NCBI RefSeq assembly: GCF_009834535.1
Contig: NC_045697.1
Coordinates: forward strand, 117,988,001 to 118,052,000
DNA length: 64,000 nucleotides
Origin: Camelus ferus
Taxonomy: Eukaryota
Reading direction: 5' to 3'
This document shows, one piece after another, positions 26,646 through 40,680 of this stretch (the first letter of the stretch is position 1; every line of letters starts with the position of its first letter). The translations under genes were made by a program, and so were the position numbers. The notes beneath the pieces are model-generated. The model was given only the letters and a program-made list of their open reading frames with translations, did not search any database and was not told where the DNA came from.

Positions 26646-27616
26646 TATATGAATTCTGCAGATATCACAAAAGATTTAGAGTGTCACCCACACTGAAAAA
26701 GAGAGATGCCAAATGATATGAAACTCCACAGAGGAATTTCAGACAAAGGCAGAGGTTTGGGGAGAAAGGAACACAGATGCCCACTTTTGCTGTTTTCTAT
26801 AAAACAGTATGAAAAGAAGCCACAAAACCCAAGAATGGTTTGGGAGGGAGACTTCGATGTTGGAAACCACCCCCCAGGAGTTCAAGAAGAAAAGACCACA
26901 GATGAGTTTCTGGTTATTTGGGAAAAGAAATATATTTTAAGAAACAATAAGAAAAGAAAGAATTCCAGGACAAGCCAGTGAAATGAAGAAAATATTGAAG
27001 GAAATGCTTTGGCTTGTGTATTTTTCCTTAGCTGGGGAGTTTGAACTACTAGGGACAGACACTGGATGAAGACGCCCACGAGGCATCAGGGACGGGTGTA
27101 GCTGGGCAGTGTAATCATGGTTCTTCGAGGTTTCGCTTACTTTTAGGTTTGCTGCCTTTCCACACACTCATGCCCATCTGTGGATTAGCACGTGGGAAGA
27201 TCGAGGAATTCTGATGCTGAAAGAGACCCCAGTGCGCTCAGTGAGTGGGGGGCAGGGGCGGACAGTGGGATGCTTTGACCTGGCCAAGGTCACCGCGCAG
27301 AAACTGGCTGAACAGGAGGGCGGATTTCCTGACGTGCACTCTTCTTGTGTTCTGTCTGTAAAATTAGCTTTCTTCTGAGTATTTATCCTGAGGGTCAACT
27401 GCTGGAAAATGCAACTATTTGGTAAGTTATGTGTCAGAAATACATACATTTCATGAAGAATTTCAAACAAATTAGCACAGAATTGCACAAACCACTACTT
27501 TTTCAATGTTAAACCACAACTCTTTGTTAGTTATTTCGCTCAAAATTGTGTATGTGGCTCTCATGGTTTGATTTGACTGACCCTTAGGTTTTATGAGTTT
27601 TTAAAATCAGCTTTTA

Positions 27617-27768
27617 GGGGGGAGGGTATAGCTCAGTGGTAGAGCGCGTGCTAGCATGCACGAAGTCCTGGGTTCAATCCCTATTACCTCCTCCAAAATA
27701 GACAAACAAAACCCTAATTATCCTCCAAAATTTAAAAAAGGTTAATTTTTAAAAATTAAATTAAAAGA
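27617..27768 (+). mobile_element. tRNA-Ala-derived SINE (Vic-1-like)
   Basis: gggtatagctcagtggtagagcgcgtgc...gggttcaatccc; TSD taaaatcagcttt (27602-27614) / taaaatcatcttt (27769-27781). Confidence 0.93.
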
Positions 27769-27789
27769 TAAAATCATCTTTAAAATCTA

Positions 27790-28520
27790 TTCTAACATCT
27801 TCATTTTTTCCCCTCCTTCATCTTCACCACTTTATTTAGTCTTTTTATTTTTCTTTCTTACTTTGGGTCTTTATTTCATTTAGTATTTATTTGCATTAGA
27901 GGTACGCATTTGCCACTGCCTGCAACTGTTGTCACATCTCATATGTTTAATAAGCATATTTTCATTGTAACTTTCTAAATAACCGACATTTGGAGTTTTG
28001 GTAGCTTTTTTGACTCAGTCATGTGATGTTAAGAGTCAGAATTATGGTCTGCAAAATTTGTGCTTTATACAATGTCTTGACGTGTTCTTTATGGATTAAT
28101 ATTTACTCAAATGCTTGTATTTATATAGGCTTTTTAAAAGCTACAATTACTTACAAAATTTGCATCTTTATTAATTTATCCTTTGATAATTGCATTTTGC
28201 AACATTATTTTAGTCTGTGTTTAAAGCTCATTAAAGCATACTTCAAAATAAAGTAGCCTACTTTGATTTATTCACTACACTCTACCTTGCAGCTCTAGTT
28301 TCTTGATATCTTTGTCCTCTCCTGCCTGCTTCTCAGGAGTATTTGCGTAACAACTTTAACCACCATTTTATCTTTAACACTTTAGTGTCCCTTTGAATTG
28401 TGCAGCCAGCACAACTGGGCATTGTTGTCTAGCAATGTTTTGTTTGCTTTATCTGATTCTATTATTTAAAAGTTAAACATTTTGTTGCTATATTTTTGTC
28501 TCGAAACGCTCATACTCTCT
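27790..28520 (-). mobile_element. Probable very old L1 ORF2 remnant
   Basis: Strongly T-rich stretch with faint antisense-L1 motifs; family not assignable. Confidence 0.35.
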
Positions 28521-28687
28521 ATATTAGTAATTTTCCAATCAAATATTTGTTTTGGACCCTCTTTCTCCCAGAAAGGCAAGACACGCCTACACCCTAAACC
28601 TCCCACCTACCCTCTCTGGTCTTTATTTATTTTTGTCATTCGGAGACTTTCCGATTTGTTTGCATGTCTAGGTTAAGACCCGCTTAG

Positions 28688-28828
28688 CAGTGGCTCAGAT
28701 CTCAGACGTGTGTTTTGCTTGGCCCCCTCCGGTGCTTTCTTCAATAGTTGGACTGTCTGTGTGTATTACAAAAATTGCAATGTGACGTGTAGATGTCTGG
28801 CTTCTCTTGAAGTGTGCTGATCTGGCTT
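28688..28828 (-). mobile_element. MER103-like hAT DNA transposon fragment
   Basis: Reverse complement gccagat...ttcaagagaagccagacatct...gggccaagcaaaacacac matches recalled MER103. Confidence 0.6.
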
Positions 28829-31219
28829 GTACTGCAGGGTGGTGGAGTGAGGGGGTCTGGGGGGCAGATACGCCCTACCCCGGCTCAGTGTTGCCCCCAC
28901 CACCCCCTCCCTGGTCATCAGAACGGGACCTCTTTCCTCATCTGCCTTCCATCCCAGACCCCTTGATCACTTGAAATTGTGAGCATTAATCTAGACATTC
29001 CAACCTGGATTCTTCTTAGAATATTATTATGTTATATATCTTGTTTTTAGAAAAAGCTTAAATGCTTCAAATTTACTCATATGCCATTGAACCACATGTA
29101 ATATTTACTCTCAGCCTTTTTGTAAGGAGGCCTATCTGTTTAAAAATTATGTTTGATTATCTCTAGCTGTTAAGATACTGTTTTCTGTTATTTTCTTCCA
29201 AACTATACATGTTAGCATTACATCTTCTGAGATTGTGCATACTTGCAATTATTCTTTTTTCTTGTGGCCCGAACCCACCAAGGATAACTTGACAGGAAAT
29301 TCAATTTAGGGGAATTTTTTTTTTTTTTTTTTGCGTCAAACTCTAGAAATGTATCTTTTATTTTTTCTGCCATTTACCATTTGGAAAAAGTAAGGCTTAC
29401 CTGATCTTTATTAAATTAAAAAAAAGTGGATGCATTTAGTACTTTTTTCTTTATCGTTCTAACACCACGCTTTCTGAACATATCGTGTCTCTGTGATCTT
29501 TATGGCCAAAGACTACCAAGCCTTTCTCATCTACGTCGGTCGTTTATTAGAGCAGGAACTTTGGACTTCATCAAGTCTCCCGTTTCCGCCTCTGCTTTTC
29601 ATGCTGTGCTTTCTTCCATCGCAACTCTGTCCACTTCCGGTTCCATCTTCTGTCTTTCCCATTTAGGGATGTTCACCCACTGCTTTCCTTTCCTTGGGCT
29701 CCTTGTCCTCTGTGTCGTTCAGAGATTTATCCTGCCTGCCCTTCACATCAGGACTGTATTTTCATTCTTGGTGTTACTGTTTATTACCTTCGACACACGT
29801 TTTATTGTTGATACTGTGATCTTTTAATAGGTTGAGGATCTTTCAAAACATAAGATCTTTTAAAAAAATAGCATTTTTAAAAGTTCTTTGTACCTGTTTT
29901 ACATGGGGTTTGAGTTAATTGATTTTGTGTTTTTCTGAGAAAGCTGTACTTTTCCTAGAAATTCTCCTGGCTTCTCGGCTACGTAGCCTCAGAAAGAGGT
30001 TCTCTTTTTCTTGCTCTGCAATAATTTCCAAGACCACATGGTTTTCCGTTTCTCACTCTTCTTTGAATGAGCAGAGATCTCTCCAGAACTAGTGTTTCCC
30101 ACCGTCTAGCTGTCTGGACAGCTCCTGCCCTTGATTCACTGACGTCACGTGGGTTTATTCCAGTGCTGTCGTGTCCTTGTGCTCAGCCCCTCGCCCGGTT
30201 CTCAGGGCACTAAAATCGTGTCTGCCACCTAGCCATCAGGCTGCAAAACAGTGGAATATATACAAAGTATCACTGCCACGTTTTGGGATTTTTAAATCTT
30301 CTATCTACAATCGTTAACTGAGGGCCAACATATTCCAAGATGACATCAACCACTCAGTCATCTTCCTCCAACCCATTTCACTCTTCTCACCTAGATGTCT
30401 CCTTTAAGCTTTGATCTCTCAAAGAGGAAGAAGATATTTAAGAGCATGTGTGTTGGGGAATTGGAGTGGGGGCTAGAATTGAGTTTAAGGTGACCAAGGA
30501 GGGCATTCTGAATTAAGACAAGTGTGACATCTATTGGACAGCAGGGCAGCTGCTGAGTTTCTGGTTGGCGTGTACCTTGTGTAGCCGATCCAGTGGGCAG
30601 AGCTGAAAAGACAGGTAAAGGGGTCCCTCCTTCCTCTACGTGTGTTCGGTTCCATCTAGCCTGCCTTGAGGTACCTGGAACCTTTTCTGGATTGACTAAC
30701 CTAGTTTTCACACTGGGTGTCACATTTTTTTGGAATTTTCATAGGCAGTATGTTGGGGAGTAGGGGGAAGCTGCCTTCGGGATGACTAGCCTGTTTTATT
30801 GTTTGTGATTTGAAAGTTTCCTTAAATGACAGTTGCACCAGCTACATGACCTTGTTTATCATCCCATCACTAAGAGGAGGATGAAATGGAGGGAGGCGGA
30901 GGGGGTGGCCAGCAGTGAGCACAGTGATGCTGGTGACAATGTGGATGCTACAGCGAGATCACTGATGCTGAGTAGCAGTGGAGGACACCAGAGTGCACTG
31001 AAAGCTATTTCTAGCCATTGAAATGGATTTTAATACCAATCTGTCATTAAGAAAATTTTAAATGATATTAAACACTCTTTTGAATGTGGTGATGTACAGC
31101 ATACTTTGGTTATAAAAAGGAAAACTTATTTATTTCCAAAATTCTTCATACTTGAAGAGGCTCATTTTTATTATCTAAAATATTCCTTCCCACCCCCTTT
31201 CCGCCAGTATCTTCTAATA

Positions 31220-31336
31220 ACCTTTAATGAAAAAGAATATGAAAATGAATATATGTATGTATATGCATGACTGGGACATGGGGCTGCACACCAGAAACTG
31301 ACACATTGTAACTGACGGGACTGCAGTTACAAAAAC
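31220..31336 (+). mobile_element. Short L1 3'-end fragment
   Basis: aaaaagaatatgaaaatgaatatatgtatg...tgactg...cacaccagaaactgacacattgtaactgac, homologous to 26112-26210. Confidence 0.85.
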
Positions 31337-32131
31337 ACAGCATTCACTTCGGTAGACTGACCAGCCCCTCTGTCCTTCCCCCCCATATTAGACATTACTG
31401 TGCATGCATGCTTTCTCTGTGCATCTCACGCACACAGACAGATTTGTCTTAGGCTATTTGCTGTTGTGCTTTCTCCTAAACTTTAGGAGAAAATGCGACT
31501 GATCATTAAGATCTAGAGACATAGTTAAAAACATGGCACCTTTACCTGATACAAAGTAGGAAACATGCAATGCGCTCTTCACTTAGCATTCCCTCTACCA
31601 TCTGAAGAGCAGACTTACATTTCTGTTCTTTAGGAAACCCAGACAGCCTGAAGCCTTTGCTCAGAAAGACGAACAAGCTCCCTTAATGCAAAGAGTTTCC
31701 CCTGTGGCTGTGGTTTCCAACCACCCAGTTGTATGCTTCATTGTTCAGGGCTGCGTCCCAGGGACTCTTTAAAAGTTATGATCTGCCTCATTTCAACTTG
31801 CTTCCCAATAGCTGCCAGAGCTTCTTGTTTTCATCTGCACTGAGCACATGGTTAAATATTTTTATGGAGAATCCAGGGCTGAGCACTGCAGCCGCATTCT
31901 TTCACCTGGGCGCTTTGACAACTATGTAGAGAATGGAATATAGAAGAGATTGGAAACACTGATGCCCTTGGGAAGCTGCACACAGAGCTTTGAACCTATG
32001 TGACACCAAGATCTGGGCCTCATTCAGAGCCACTCAAGGGATAGGGTCCTAAATCCTATGTGATATAAAGAGGTTTTCCATGAAGCACAGTGGAAATCCA
32101 TGTTTGCATATGCCAGCCAGCCTGCCTCAGA

Positions 32132-32156
32132 GTGTGTGTGTGTGTGTGTGTGTGTG
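32132..32156. repeat. (GT)n microsatellite
   Basis: Direct reading. Confidence 0.95.
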
Positions 32157-32509
32157 CATGGACAAAGGAAAATAGGAACACAGGAGAAAGAGAAAGAAGT
32201 GGGGGACTCAGGGGGTTACAGAAAAGAAAGATGGGGTGTCTGTCTAGAGAGGTTGGGGATGTTTTAACACTCTTCTGACATTTCAAAAATTAGTTTTTGA
32301 AATATAAACACACAATTTATCAGTGCATACAATTTGCAGAGTACTGAAAAGTTTTAGCATTCTATATTCATTCAACTCACCAATGTAATAATCTAATTTT
32401 TAAAATGTTTTAACTGTATCATCTTCCAGTGAATTCCCAGCATGACTTGCTCTATAATGGTCATATGTCATTCCCAGCATCTTTCTATGATGCTCCAGCT
32501 ACAGACTAA

Positions 32510-34797
32510 TTTTTTTTTTGAAGTACACTTGACATATAATATTAGTTTCTGGTGTGCAACAGCGTGATTTGATATTTACATACATTACGAATTGATGCTC
32601 ACAATAAGTCAGCCACCATCCACCATGATATAAAGTTCTTGTGATATTGACTGTGCACCTTGTGCTGTACCTTACATCCCTGTGGCTCATTTATTGCACT
32701 AGAATCTGTCCCTTACTATTACTGTATTATCAGTGTCTGCCTTTATGTCTGTTAATATTTGCTTTATATATTTAGGAGCTCCTGTGTTGAGTGCGTGAAT
32801 ATTTGCAAGTGTTACATCCTCTTGTTGGATTGTTCTCTTCGTCATTATGTAATGTTTTCCTTTTCTCTTCGAACGGTCTTTTTTTTAAGGTCTGTTTTGT
32901 CTAAGTATCACTACCCAGGCTTTGGATCTAAGCGAGTTTCTTGCAGGCAGCACATACATGAGTGTAGTTATTTTTATACAGTCAGACGTCCTAAGTCTTT
33001 TACTTGGAGCATTTGTTCCATTTACATTTGCAGTAATTATGAATCGGTGTGTACTCACTGCCATTTTGTTAATTGTCTTCTGGTTGTTTTTGTAGTTCTT
33101 CTCTGTTCCTTTCTGCTCTTGCTCTCTTGCCATGTGATTTGATGACTTTCTTTACTCCTTTGTTTGTATTCATTTCTCTTTATTTTTGTGTGTCTGTTGT
33201 ATGTTTTCAGTTTGCAGTTACCATGCGATTCATATGTAACATCCTACATATATCACAGTCTGTTTTAAGTTGATGGTCACTTATGTTCCAGAGCATCCTA
33301 AAAGCACTACAGTTTTACTCCCTGCCGTGTTTTATGATTTTGATGGCATATTTTACATCTGTTTATTTTGTGTATTGCTTAACTCGTTATTTTAACTATA
33401 GACGATTTCACTACTTTTAATTTTTAACCTTCATTCTGAATTTGTAGTAGTTGATCCACTACCTCTAATACATGTTTGTCTCTACCAGCTAGAATTCTCG
33501 CTTCATAATTTTTTGGTTTCTAGTTCTAGCCTTTTCTTTTCTGTTAAAAGAAGTCCTTTTAACATTTCTTGTAAGGCTAGTCTACTGGTGATGAACTTTA
33601 TAAACTTTTGCTTGTGTATGAAACTCTGTCTCTGCTTCAGTTCTGAATGTAACCTTGAAGTGTAGAGTATTCTTGGTTGTAAGTTTTTTTTTTTTCTTTC
33701 ACTTTTTAGTCCTTTATTGTGAATATATCATGCTAGTCCCTTTGGCCTATAAAGTTTCTGCTGAAAAATCAGTTGACACTCTTATAGGGTTTCCCTTTTA
33801 AGTAACCAGTTATTTTTCTCTTGCTGCTTTTAAGATTTTTCCTATCTTTAACTTTTGACATTTTAGTTATAATGTGTCTTGGTGTAGATCTGTTTGAGTT
33901 TATCTTGTTTGGGAGTCTCTGTGCTTCCTGGATCTGGATGTCTGTTTCCTCTGACATGTTAGGCAAGGTTTTAGCCATTACTTCTTCAAATAGTTTTTTC
34001 TGTCCCTCTCTCTCTCTCTCTCCTCCCTCTGGGAGCCCTATAATGTGAAAGTTAGTAAACCTGATGTTGCCCCAGAGGTCCCTTACACTACCCTCAATTT
34101 TTAATATTATCTTTTTCTATTCTGATCGAGTGAGTTCCACTACTCTCTCTTCCAGACTGATGTTCTGTTCTGCATTTTGGAATCTCCTGTCAAGTCTGTC
34201 TAGTTCCATTTCAGATTTTGTATTCTTCAGTCTGATTTTTTTTTTTAACATTTTGTATCTCTTTGTTGAAGAGTTCATCTGTTTTTCTTTGCAATTTGGT
34301 GAGCATCATTTATGAGTTAACTTTTTACCTGGTGAATTGTTTATCTCTGAATTGCTTAGTTATTTTCCTGAGGTTTTGACTTCTTTCATTTGGAAGGTAT
34401 TCTTGTGTCTCCTCATTTTGCCTAAATCTCTTTGTCTAACAGTACTTTGTTTCTATCCATTCAGTGTATTAGCTATGTCCTCCTGTCTTTAAAGAGTGGC
34501 CTTATGTAAAGGTGTCCTGTAGGTCTCAGTGATGCAGTCCCCCCTGGTCACCAGAGCCAGGTGCTCTGGGGGTATCATGTGCACCCTCCTGATGTCCTTG
34601 GGCCATGATTGCTCTGGGCATGCTGGTCAGTGGGTGCTTGCCCCCAGCGCAACTGCCCACAAAACCTAGTCATGACTGTTCTAAGTGTGCAGGTGTGAGA
34701 GGCTGTTTCCCCTGAGTGGGTGCTGCTTGGAGGGGAGCCAGTGCTGACTGAGGCCACCCACAGGGTGGGGCAGGAGCAGCTGTAGAGCATTCAGCTG
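32510..34797 (-). mobile_element. L1 with partial 5'UTR, ORF1, start of ORF2 EN and a directly fused 3' end
   Basis: ORF1p peptide PNMSEETDIQIQEAQRLPNKINSNRSTPRHIITKMSKVKD (33769-33978); ORF2 start KMAVSTHRFIITANVNGTNAPSKR (32885-33133); L1 3' end with T-run at 32510-32700. Confidence 0.88.
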
Positions 34798-34810
34798 CCC
34801 ATAACACATT

Positions 34811-34985
34811 TTCTTTTCTGAAAAAAAAATTTTTAAATTTATTTTTTATTTTGAAGGAGGAGATAATTAGTAATAAGTAAATATAATTTAATTATTTATT
34901 TGTTTTTAGAGGAGATACTAGGGATTAAACCCAGGACCTTGTGTATGTTAAGGATGCACTCTCCCACTTAAGCTGTACCGTCCCC
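34811..34985 (-). mobile_element. tRNA-Ala-derived SINE (Vic-1-like)
   Basis: Reverse SINE; perfect 13-bp TSD cccataacacatt at 34798-34810 and 34986-34998. Confidence 0.92.
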
Positions 34986-35699
34986 CCCATAACACATTCT
35001 AATCCTAGCTCAACAATCATGCTCAATGAGCTAATTTATCAATAAGGTAGTATTTTTTTAAATCTAAGATTCTAAATAGTTAAATGCCAAAGTTCATAAT
35101 CTTTTAGGAGAAAAAAATTGGGTAAGATATTACTGATGTCACATGTCTGAAAGATCAGGAATATATTACCTTTAGTGAAGAAATGAATGCAGTATAAACT
35201 ACATCAGGTTCAAAGAGGCCTTGAGGGTAATTTTGTGGGAGGTAATTCCAAGATTCTGTCTAGTTTTATCAAATGAAGTTCAGGTGATCTTTCATCAGGA
35301 GTATCAGAGTTGAGACTGAAGAGTTACATTCGGAGAGAAAATAAAATCTGGTCTTCCCACTTCTTTTCCTTTTTACCTGATTATTTCAACAATAATGTGA
35401 TTCTACATCTGCTGAGAATGCCTTTACTTATAACAACACTGCAGAAAGGAACTGGGGACGGACTTCTCAGTAAATTTGTCTGTAGGGATTACAATGTCCA
35501 TTAGGAATACGTGTATATTTTGGTTCTTTGACTGCTGACTCACTTCTTGTGTGTCCTTTGGAAAGGAATAAAGGCATATATATTTTCAGGGAGCAGCACA
35601 CCTTGGGAACTAGGCTGTCTCAGACATAAAGTAAAAAGTAAATGAAGATGAGTCACCCTCAAGGGGATTCAGGAAGGACCCTGTAGTAACATAATTTTT

Positions 35700-35847
35700 C
35701 TTCTTTTTAAAATTTTTTACTTATTTTTAGCTTTGGAGGGGAGGTAATTAGGTTTATTTATTCATTGTAATGGAGGTACTGGGGACTGAACCCAGGACCT
35801 CATGTATGCTAAGCATGAGATCTACCACTGAGCTCTACCATCCCCTC
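35700..35847 (-). mobile_element. tRNA-Ala-derived SINE (Vic-1-like)
   Basis: tggaggtactggggactgaacccaggacctc...ctaccactgagct; TSD taacataattttt (35687-35699) / taaaataattttt (35848-35860). Confidence 0.93.
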
Positions 35848-36059
35848 TAAAATAATTTTTTCAGCATCCCAGTCATACTATTAGAAAATATTTTTGCTAT
35901 TAAGAATCCTTAAAGAATAAAAACACTTCTAATATGGTGAATTCAGTCCTTGGTGGATACAAAAGAATGGCCCTTCTTTTCCTTTTGTGAACTGCCACTC
36001 ACTCAAATGGTACATTATCAATCATGACGTCTTCCGTGCATATGAGTGGGAAGTCAGTC

Positions 36060-36465
36060 TTTGCTAACTAACCATAGTCCCATCTCAGTAAACTTGGGGA
36101 CTGTCTAGCTTGGTCACATAATCCAGCAGAACTAATCTAGGCCCTTTTGGGGAAAATTATATATATGCTGAAAGAGAAAGGGTCTCCTCCTTCCGTGATT
36201 GTAGACGGTACCATACAAAGCTAGAACCTTCCAGGTCCGTTTTTGCTCTTTGTGGACAGAACCTGCCTAAAAATAAATAATAAATGATAAAATAAATGAT
36301 ATATATATATATAAATAAATGATATATATGATAGGGAGGTTCCTAATGACATCATTCAAAATTCTGAATCCAACTGTGCACACAGGTTATACAACCATGT
36401 GGATTTCCCTAAAGCAGCTGATAAATTCTCCAATTGCTTAAACTAGTTGATCAGGATATTTGGCA
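36060..36465 (+). mobile_element. MaLR LTR (old MLT1-like)
   Basis: cctaatgacatcattcaaaattctgaatccaactgtg...ataaattctccaattgcttaaactagttg resembles the MLT1 3' half. Confidence 0.55.
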
Positions 36466-38540
36466 CCAGAAGAGCTGGAGGGAGAGGTTCTTTTGGACCA
36501 TACTTTACTGTCTGGGGAGGGTATTTCTGGAGACGCTGTTGGATTGAGAACCTTGAAAGAAACTGAGCTAGAATACAGAGACGCTCATTGGATATGAGGT
36601 CCCAGAGGTGGAGGAGGCGTACAGAGAGGAACAGTGAGAGGAGTGAAAACCAAACTTTGGTAAAGCCAACAACTAGAAAGAGCCCCAGAGAAATCCTGTG
36701 TGTTTTGCTTTCACTGCATTTCAGACACTTATCAAATAGTAAATATTGAACCCTTGTAGCCTGTGCATTTAAAGTTCTATAATTCTCTGAATTTGGGCAA
36801 TAAAAAATATGGAATGGAAAGAATGTGGAGTGTAACATTATACTCCAGAATTTTGTTGTCTTAACTCCTTTGAAACTTAAGCAATTTTGACAAAGTAATT
36901 GGGTAAATTCTATCAGCTTTCCTGTTTAATAAAATGGAAACTTTAGTATTACAATTAAGCCTGATTTTTTTTTTTACCTCTGTGCACATATTTAGATGAT
37001 GAAATTCTTCAACAGAATGTGTATGAAATAGCCATAGTTCAGAAATAACGTAATTTTAGTAATAAAGAGATTCAAGTGTTATACTCATGTAATTTGTCAC
37101 CTTTATCATATAAATATCCCAAAGCCCATTTTAAATCAGTGGCATCTGGTAAGGATAAACAACTTTTTGGTTTTTTTCCCCCAAACGATTTTGTGAAAAG
37201 CATAAAAGTTCTTTTTTCTCCAATTATAATAAATTTCAAAAAATACGTGTAGCTGTTCAAAACCTACCATTCGTTACTATGTGTGATGCATGGTGCTTCT
37301 AATTGACTGGATGTTGAGCAGAATATATTACTTCTTGGAGTGTTGATGAGTGGGCAGACTGCAGCGAAGGTCTGAGATTTCATGGGAGTATTAGCATTTG
37401 GGGGGAACTTTAAGGGAGTGGAAGACAATTAAACTGGAGCTAATAGCCGTTGACTTGAACTCAGAGGGCCGCCTGGCTCTCTTGTTCTCTGTCACTTACT
37501 CTCAGGTTTCATCTCATCTGAGCAGGTCATCAGTCATGAGAACTGTTCGTAACACGGAGGCAGTTTATTCATTCATTTATTTGTAAGGTGTTTAGAAACC
37601 ACATATTTTATTTTTAGCATTCGGAACATTCAGCTTCAACCATTTTTTCTTCCTTTCTTTTTCTTTTCTTTTTTTTTTTTTAAGTTGAAATAGTCTGGGG
37701 ATCATTAAGTGCCAAACACTTTCATCAGACCTATAAACAATACAAGGTCCAGAGCAAATGCAGTTACTTCTCGGGACGTTTCAATGGAACACATTTTCAC
37801 TCATTCAAAGCTAGGGGAAATAAATCTTGAGGGCTTTCAAGGAAGGCGTACTTTAGACCCTAGGAGGCTGACACAGGTCTGGATTTCACACAGAAAAGAC
37901 CACAAAAGCTACCCTGCAGACTCAGTAAATTCTGGAGTTTCTTGGAAGATCTGACGTGCATCTCAGCCCTGAAGACATTCCCCTTTGTCTCATTGTTTAT
38001 CTCTTGACCTAGCAACTTGGAGAGAACAGGAGAGCAGAAAATAAGCTTTCAGGAAGACACTAGTTTTAATCAGAGAGAATAAAATTGAGGTCAGGCTATC
38101 ATCTGAGGGAAAGGTCAAATCGTTGCATAATGTTTTCCCAATGTCTTATGATTTTAGACTTACTTTTCTTCCTGACAAATATATGTCTACTATGTATTTT
38201 TATTTGTGGCTTATTCTACATTGTGATAATTCTTCAGGCTTTAACATGCAAATTAATGCCCTTTAAAATTTTTTACTTGCCGGGATAGGGCTTGATTAGG
38301 GGCATGAAATCTAAAATGAGGAAGTGAATAGCAGTAAGCAAGTTATTGTCAGCCCATATGCTAATGGGATTAACAGTAGATTAACTGAAAGATGGATTCT
38401 CCTCAACATTCCTTTCCAGCTACTTGAAAGAGAAGGCTACATCGAGTCTCTACTGATGGTCTTTATTGGTCACCTTCGTTCCCAGGAACAGTACTGTGAA
38501 ACTAATGAAAACATAAAGACCTGCATCACAGATGGAAGGC

Positions 38541-38725
38541 CAGTGGTTTCACAGAATTGTGATCCAAAGCCCACCTTTCTCAAAAAATACATGGGCTTTT
38601 AAAAAATTTAGATTTCTTATCATTCTAAACCATTTGATTTGATGGTCTCTGGTTGGAACCAGGAATCTGCATTTAATAGGCTTCCCTATGTGATTCTGAT
38701 TTTCCTTAAGATTTCAAAGCTACTG
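38541..38725. mobile_element. MER5A-like hAT MITE
   Basis: cagtggtttc...ccaggaatctgcatttaataggcttccctatgtgattctgat...tttcaaagctactg with inverted termini. Confidence 0.7.
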
Positions 38726-40479
38726 GTGTGTTTTGGGGATAGAGTTATCAAGCGTGGGTGGAACTGCCATGTCTTTGAGGTGAGGAAAAATAGTATCAGA
38801 GAGCAGCTGGCCTCAAAGAGCCATGGTGCTGTGACTTGTTCAAATGTGTCCTGGAGTGGCAGTTCTGAATTCCTCTGAGGTAGCTAGGCAAACCCACGAG
38901 ACCTCAGTGACTCTGCCTGTAAGTCCAGAAAAATGGATGTTCAGGATTATTCCCCAAATTGTCCTCCTGGAAGACACAAATGTGATACATCTGACTGAAG
39001 AATGTATGATTGAGATGAACGGCCCTGGGATGCAGCCAAAAAAGTCTCAGAGGTTAGCTGAGGACACAGAGAAATTTATCATTCAACATATCATCACCAG
39101 ACCAGACACATTAAGACAAGAAGTCTTCACTGAATTGATAGCACATTGAACTAACGCTTAAACTTAATTCAGCCTGTAACTATTTGTAGGAAGTGTCTAA
39201 CTTGTTTCAGGCAAAGATGTAGCATTGAGGGCAATGCAACTGCAGGTCAATTAATTAAAAACACAGGTGAAGAAATTTCACAGAACATGTGTGGGCATGT
39301 GAGGTAGGAGGGGCAAGGGTCAGGCATTGGGGGGCCCTGTGCTTGTGAAGGAGTCAGTGTTGGAAATGGGGGCCCATAACTGGTGAGATATGTTCATTCT
39401 AGGAATCTACCAGAACTTGAAACTCTGTATTTGAAAAACCTTCATAGTTGAGAATCCATTGCAGTTAATCTGGTCATTGCTTGACTTTATTGTTACCATG
39501 ATTGCTTTTTACCATATATGTCTATAGTTGAACATTCTTGGCTATAAGTTCTGTGCTTGACAAATACTTGGTAATGGTTTGCAAGGTCATTTATGTTGAA
39601 GGTTATTACTCTCCCACCTTGGGAAAGGAACAGTCCCTGGAGTCCAAATGACTAAACTGTCCCAATGTGATGTCAGCCTTGAATGGAAGAATTTAATGTG
39701 TAGGACAGAGGCCATATTAAAAGGCACTATTGGATGGAAATACCGTCCACTCAGGATTTGACATACACTTGGCAATACCTGTAAGAAGGAGCATCTGCAG
39801 TAAACAGGACGTGTAACTGAGCCAGCATCTCGAGTTTGTTGCAAGTTTTAAGAGAAGATAATGAACCGTCCCTTCCTTTCTTCCTTCCTCTGTCTGAGTT
39901 TTCTTGTGTATGACTGTTTTGTGATTCTAAATGTGGCTGTGATGTGAAGCACTGGCCCGGGACTCAGAGGCTGTGCAGCTTTCCTGCTGAGATTTACCTG
40001 TGCTTGTGGGCTAGTCATTTAACCTCTTCACATCTGACTGGGCTCCCCCATGAGAGGAGTGAGATTTGAGTGAGTCTCTTTCATTAAATCAAACAAGCAT
40101 TTGCTGCGTAGCGGGTCATAAAAATGGAAAGGCAGAGCACATCCTTCAGGGAGAGTGAGGCTGACGAGAAGAGATAGACATGGAAATAACTGTAGCACGT
40201 GTGTCTCTCAAAGAGTGTCCTTTCTCTTGGAAATAAAAGTAAATGGATTCAGGTGCCCCCTGTCACATCCCCTGGGACAGGTACTGCCTCCGATATTTCT
40301 GAAAACTCCTGGGATATTCACGTTGATGTGGTCAGTTTGGGTTTCAGGTTTGGGGTCTGAGTTCCTATTCTTGCTGAACATATGATTTAGCCTAAAATTT
40401 AGCCTCCTGCATATGTCCTGTCTGTTCTGGGGCTGGACGTGACCAGAAAGAGGGCAGCTCACAGAGCTTGTCTGGTGAC

Positions 40480-40680
40480 CGTCTCTGGACCTAGGACGCA
40501 AGTCTTGCCTATGGCATTTACTCCCTGTGTAAACTGGCCAAGGACCTTTACCTAGATTCTCTTGTTTGAAGAATGAGATAACAATTGTTTTCATTCTTAG
40601 AGTTTTGTGAAAAGTAAGTGCGATCATTTAGACAAATACTTAACATAGAATGTGACATATTGTAAGTACTCCATATAGTC
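40480..40680 (+). mobile_element. MIR SINE
   Basis: Colinear with MIR (tgtgtaaactggccaag...gaatgagataacaat...gttttgtgaaaagtaagtg...acttaacatagaatgtgacatattgtaagtactc). Confidence 0.7.
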
